Virus record (IMG/VR): IMGVR_UViG_3300011339_000373 | Coordinates: 1-28,340 of that record | Direction: 5' to 3' (one strand) | Length of the DNA: 28,340 nt | Source: a virus | Taxonomy: Duplodnaviria; Caudoviricetes | Shown here: one piece after another, positions 24,829-28,340 of the stretch | Position numbering within the stretch: position 1 is the first letter of the stretch | How the letters are laid out: every line of letters starts with the position of its first letter | Notes under the pieces: model-generated | Told to the model about the DNA's origin: nothing | The model's input: the letters and a program-made list of their open reading frames with translations, nothing else | The model's database searches: none | Translations under genes and position numbers: made by a program

Positions 24829-26447
24829 TATTGCTCCTTTGGGGGTGCTTTTTCCTTGGGCGGGGGCTGTTGGGCGGCTTTTTCCGCTTGTTTTTGCTCC
24901 ATTACCTTCAGTCTATCTTTGAGCAATTGTTTCATTGGTGGCTCAAGTAAGTCAAGCAGAGATTCTTTGTCAATAACTTGTGCCTTGAACAAATTGAAGG
25001 CCAACTGGCGCAAATCTTCCATAAAGATGGGCGAATTGCTGTGTGCATCTACTTTGACCACAAAATCCTTGGTGAACTGCTCGGCAATGAACGGTGTACC
25101 CTTTACATCCTTGAAATGGGTGTTGTCATAGGCTTGCATACACTTGAGGTACAAGGTAGCCAGTTTTTCTAAGCTGTCTTCAATGACTAACGCCCGTTTT
25201 TTGGCACGGCTAGAGCCTAGACGAGCAAGTTGGCTGGCGTGACCAGTAGAGCGCACCCCGGATTCGCCCTTGCCTTGAAGGATAGACGAAATACCAGATG
25301 CCTCTTCAAACATGGCATCAATCTCACCAATCTCTTTGAACAAGTCAGGCGGGATAGTAGGTGCTAGTTTCTCTACCTTGGCATTTGGCATGTCAGTTGC
25401 CAATAGTCCACCAGCGCGGTTGAGGGCAAAATTCTTTTCGTCTAGGATGCCGGTAAAGCCAATCAGGGCGGTAGGCGGCGATACCTGTTTACTCAGCAAG
25501 TCTAAGATTTCAGACATACGCTTAGTGCGTAGCTGCTGCAAGTAAATCAGACGGGCAACTTCAGATGTTCCCCAGAAATAATCGTATTGTGGGTTAGGAC
25601 AGATTTGGACAAAAGGCAACTCGCCTTTCAAGAACACAGATTCTCCGGGGCGGTCATAGATGATGATGTCCGGCTCTGCTCTGGTGACAACCTGATAGTC
25701 ACTGGTGTCATCGTTCCACACCCACAACTCTGTCATTTCCACTGTCTCTTCCGCAACAACAGCCTTGTACCTATTCATGCCGGACAAATCCAGATTGACG
25801 TTACCGTACATAGTGGGGTTGCTGGCAGAGAGAATAATTTTCTCTACGCCGTTAGAAACTTCTGTGCGCTCATGCTGCGTTGCGCTGACACGCTTAACAA
25901 TCTTGTCCCGCTTCGGGTGCGAGTACAAACGGGCATACAACTCTGACTTGGTGATGTAGTACGTCTGGACAATTGCTTCTTGTCTGTCAGTGTACGGGCT
26001 GTCTTCTCGCAACACACCCATGCAACCCGGCTCCACCATGTAGGGGTGGATACCGTTGTTCATGATTATTTTTACAAACGTAGAACTGTAAGCCAGTGAC
26101 CAAGAAACTGCTTGCGAGAAAACTTGGTCAGCATTGCTGTTGAGCCACTCATCATTGAGCGCACGGGTCAGCGTTGGAATCTTGGTGTGTTCTGCTTCAT
26201 TGACGGCAGCACCAATATTGATACTGAACCTTGTTGTTTCTGCTGAGTACAGGAAGGAAGTCAGTTGGTCAATGTGTGGAAAGATTTTGTTGTACAGGGC
26301 CGGGGTTTCACTTGGCCCGTTTCCAAACAAATACCAACTCCGCAGCGCCGCATAGTCAGGCTTGCGTTCATCCCTTGACACCAGACACTTTTGTATCAGG
26401 TCAAGGTAGAAAAGTTCCCTGTCTAGTGGTGCTGATGGAATTTTCAT
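24828..26447 (-). CDS. Portal protein
   Basis: 539 aa, between terminase and capsid; LPFVQI...YFWG, ASGISSILQG, Pro/Gln/Lys tail. Confidence 0.85.
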   Translation of the reverse strand: MKIPSAPLDRELFYLDLIQKCLVSRDERKPDYAALRSWYLFGNGPSETPALYNKIFPHIDQLTSFLYSAETTRFSINIGAAVNEAEHTKIPTLTRALNDEWLNSNADQVFSQAVSWSLAYSSTFVKIIMNNGIHPYMVEPGCMGVLREDSPYTDRQEAIVQTYYITKSELYARLYSHPKRDKIVKRVSATQHERTEVSNGVEKIILSASNPTMYGNVNLDLSGMNRYKAVVAEETVEMTELWVWNDDTSDYQVVTRAEPDIIIYDRPGESVFLKGELPFVQICPNPQYDYFWGTSEVARLIYLQQLRTKRMSEILDLLSKQVSPPTALIGFTGILDEKNFALNRAGGLLATDMPNAKVEKLAPTIPPDLFKEIGEIDAMFEEASGISSILQGKGESGVRSTGHASQLARLGSSRAKKRALVIEDSLEKLATLYLKCMQAYDNTHFKDVKGTPFIAEQFTKDFVVKVDAHSNSPIFMEDLRQLAFNLFKAQVIDKESLLDLLEPPMKQLLKDRLKVMEQKQAEKAAQQPPPKEKAPPKEQ

Positions 26448-26953
26448 GGTTTAGGAACTGAAAGGTTTTCGTGGTCTGGAATATATGACGCAGGTTTTGG
26501 CCCTGTCAAGTTCCCCGCTTCTTTCGGATTAATCCCCACAGATTCTCCCATGACAGACTTAAATTGTCCACCAAGGACGGATTTCATAGAGATATTACCG
26601 CCATTTCCCCAGATTGCGGAGTCACCAGCCCGTCCTTCTTTCTGTTTTTGGCTCTCAAAGTGCTCACTGGCGGCTGTAGCCTCTGCATATTGCTTGTCAT
26701 TGAGTTTGTTCTTACGCTTAAGGTATCCACTCTGGTGTTCTCCCTCTTTGGTAGACTTGATGTCCGTCATATCAAAGTCTTTTGCCAATCCTTCCAACGT
26801 TTTGTCCGTTTTGGCGGTTTTTGCAGACCTTGTACCCACTGGTTTCAAGTGAATGATAGATATGGTGGCTTTGCAGTGCTTCATGGGGCATTCAGCCTCC
26901 CATGCTTCAAATACACCGTGTGATTCGCAATAATAGTCTCGCAAGATAGCCAT
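26444..26953 (-). CDS. Hypothetical protein with N-terminal zinc ribbon (FmdB-like)
   Basis: DYYCESHGVFE...CPMKHC. Confidence 0.7.
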   Translation of the reverse strand: MAILRDYYCESHGVFEAWEAECPMKHCKATISIIHLKPVGTRSAKTAKTDKTLEGLAKDFDMTDIKSTKEGEHQSGYLKRKNKLNDKQYAEATAASEHFESQKQKEGRAGDSAIWGNGGNISMKSVLGGQFKSVMGESVGINPKEAGNLTGPKPASYIPDHENLSVPKP

Positions 26954-26955
26954 AG

Positions 26956-27345
26956 TTACCCTCTAAGTGCTTCGTTAAGGTCAATTTCACTGTAATCATG
27001 GCGGTTGACCATTCCCACCTTGATTTTTATCCCGTCAGAGGTAACTTTTAGCCCCATACCCGCCATCATGGGGGGTTCTGGAACCTTTCTGTACTCCACA
27101 TACCGGGTTAAATCTTTGCGCCGCATTACTCTCACGTTCCCTGCTTTCCACTGCGTATAGGCTTTGTTGACCCGCATCTGGATATATTCGGTCAGAGGTT
27201 CGCACTGCCGGATGAAAACATCCCGGAAATGCTCCTTGTGTATCCCCGCTAACTCGCAAAACAAGGGGATAGAGATGCCTCTTTCCTTGTCAGCATGGAA
27301 CTTTTGTATCTGCCGTATCAATTCTTTCTTGGGTAGGATAATCAT
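26956..27345 (-). CDS. Hypothetical protein, possible N-terminal HTH
   Basis: GISIPLFCELAGIHKEHFRDVF; coupled to the terminase stop. Confidence 0.65.
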   Translation of the reverse strand: MIILPKKELIRQIQKFHADKERGISIPLFCELAGIHKEHFRDVFIRQCEPLTEYIQMRVNKAYTQWKAGNVRVMRRKDLTRYVEYRKVPEPPMMAGMGLKVTSDGIKIKVGMVNRHDYSEIDLNEALRG

Positions 27346-28340
27346 GAGCCATACATCCCTATCTTTTTAAGGTAGTCGCTTACGTTTCTGCCCACAGAGA
27401 TTTGTTCCGGGGTGTAGTCTTCCTGAGATTTGCTTACTTCACGGGTAATTCTGGCAGAGATGAGGCGGGGCTGGACTTGCTCTGCGTAGGCAACACAAGC
27501 CAGCGCCGCAGCAATAACCCGGTCATCCTTGGCTCTGCCGGGTGCGCCGATAAACCCGTCCTCACGCACAATGGTCTTCATCTCTTCCAATAAGTCCATG
27601 CTGCGTACTCCCATCATAGTACGCTCAAAATAGTCTTTCATGTACGCCAGCATCCGCTCTTTGGTAGAACTGGTGGTCAAGAATCCTATGCTCATGCTTG
27701 GGCCACCTAGCGAGTCATTACGCCGCCAGAGGTAGTTGGACATGTTGCCAAGTACGTCCATCAAGTCAGAACCCATCTTGTTGTTCATGCTGACAGCCAT
27801 TCTCTTGAGAGTACGAATCTCATTGATGACTGCTTGTCCGGGGCCGTTGATTTCCAGATTGAGGGTAGAGTTCTTGTACGCTCCAGCCAAGTGCGCTATC
27901 ACCCACGCAAACTGGTAGGTGTTCATCTCGCTGGTGGCAAACTCTGCAACTTGGTCTAGCCCGTTGGCGTAGCAGCGGAATACTTGGATACAGAACCTGT
28001 CTGCCCAATCACTGCTGCCGTAAGCCGGGTCTGCGCCTATAACGTAGTACGCAGTGTCCAGCGGCTCTTCCCAGACCTTTAAAGTGCCAAGGCGCTCAGT
28101 AGACTTGATGACTTCCGTGTCTTGAAAGGATTGACCAAAGACATAGCGGTAGTGGTCAGGCAATAGCTTCTTAGATTCTTTGGCAGCTTCCGTGCAGCGG
28201 GTGTGGGAGAAGAAGCTGGTTCCTGTCATCACAAAGGCGTAGTCTTCTGTAGGTGGAAACTCTTGGTACATCAGGGTTTCGTCTTTGATACCTTCTGCTA
28301 ACTTCCAGCGCCACCATGCCATTTGCCGGGAGTTAATCTC
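27342..28340 (-). CDS. terL: Terminase large subunit, C-terminal nuclease part (5'-truncated by the window)
   Basis: QEFP...AF, YVIGADPAYG, LEINGPG, DDRVIAAALA RNase H-like motifs; frame is open to the window edge. Confidence 0.9.
   Translation of the reverse strand, partial: EINSRQMAWWRWKLAEGIKDETLMYQEFPPTEDYAFVMTGTSFFSHTRCTEAAKESKKLLPDHYRYVFGQSFQDTEVIKSTERLGTLKVWEEPLDTAYYVIGADPAYGSSDWADRFCIQVFRCYANGLDQVAEFATSEMNTYQFAWVIAHLAGAYKNSTLNLEINGPGQAVINEIRTLKRMAVSMNNKMGSDLMDVLGNMSNYLWRRNDSLGGPSMSIGFLTTSSTKERMLAYMKDYFERTMMGVRSMDLLEEMKTIVREDGFIGAPGRAKDDRVIAAALACVAYAEQVQPRLISARITREVSKSQEDYTPEQISVGRNVSDYLKKIGMYGS

Noticed and set aside
1-28340. Alternative genetic code, tRNAs, integrase, introns or inteins
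   Set aside because: Genes tile densely under the standard code using all three stop codons, and no such features were recognised in this window

Overview
This window is about 28 kb of a tailed dsDNA bacteriophage genome. It looks podovirus-like: it has a portal, scaffold, capsid, adaptor and nozzle candidates and large ejection-protein candidates, with no tape measure or sheath gene. Two arms converge at about 5375. The + arm (1-5381) holds a structured non-coding leader, small early genes, a recombination module (YqaJ-like exonuclease, RecT-like annealase, winged HTH, SSB-like protein, PD-(D/E)XK nuclease), a glycosyltransferase and a SAM methyltransferase. The - arm (28340 to 5371) holds a partial terminase large subunit, portal, scaffold, major capsid, tail and fibre genes, internal virion proteins, holin, M15 endolysin and small basic proteins. 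Three signals stand out. (1) An apparent programmed -1 frameshift (GGAG, 10 nt, then C CCA AAG) would fuse the annealase to a start-less winged-HTH domain. (2) Two 12-13 aa Arg/Lys micropeptides interleaved with hairpins lie between the portal and scaffold genes. (3) A multi-stem putative ncRNA lies at the left edge. All protein calls come from motif recognition and synteny, not database searches.
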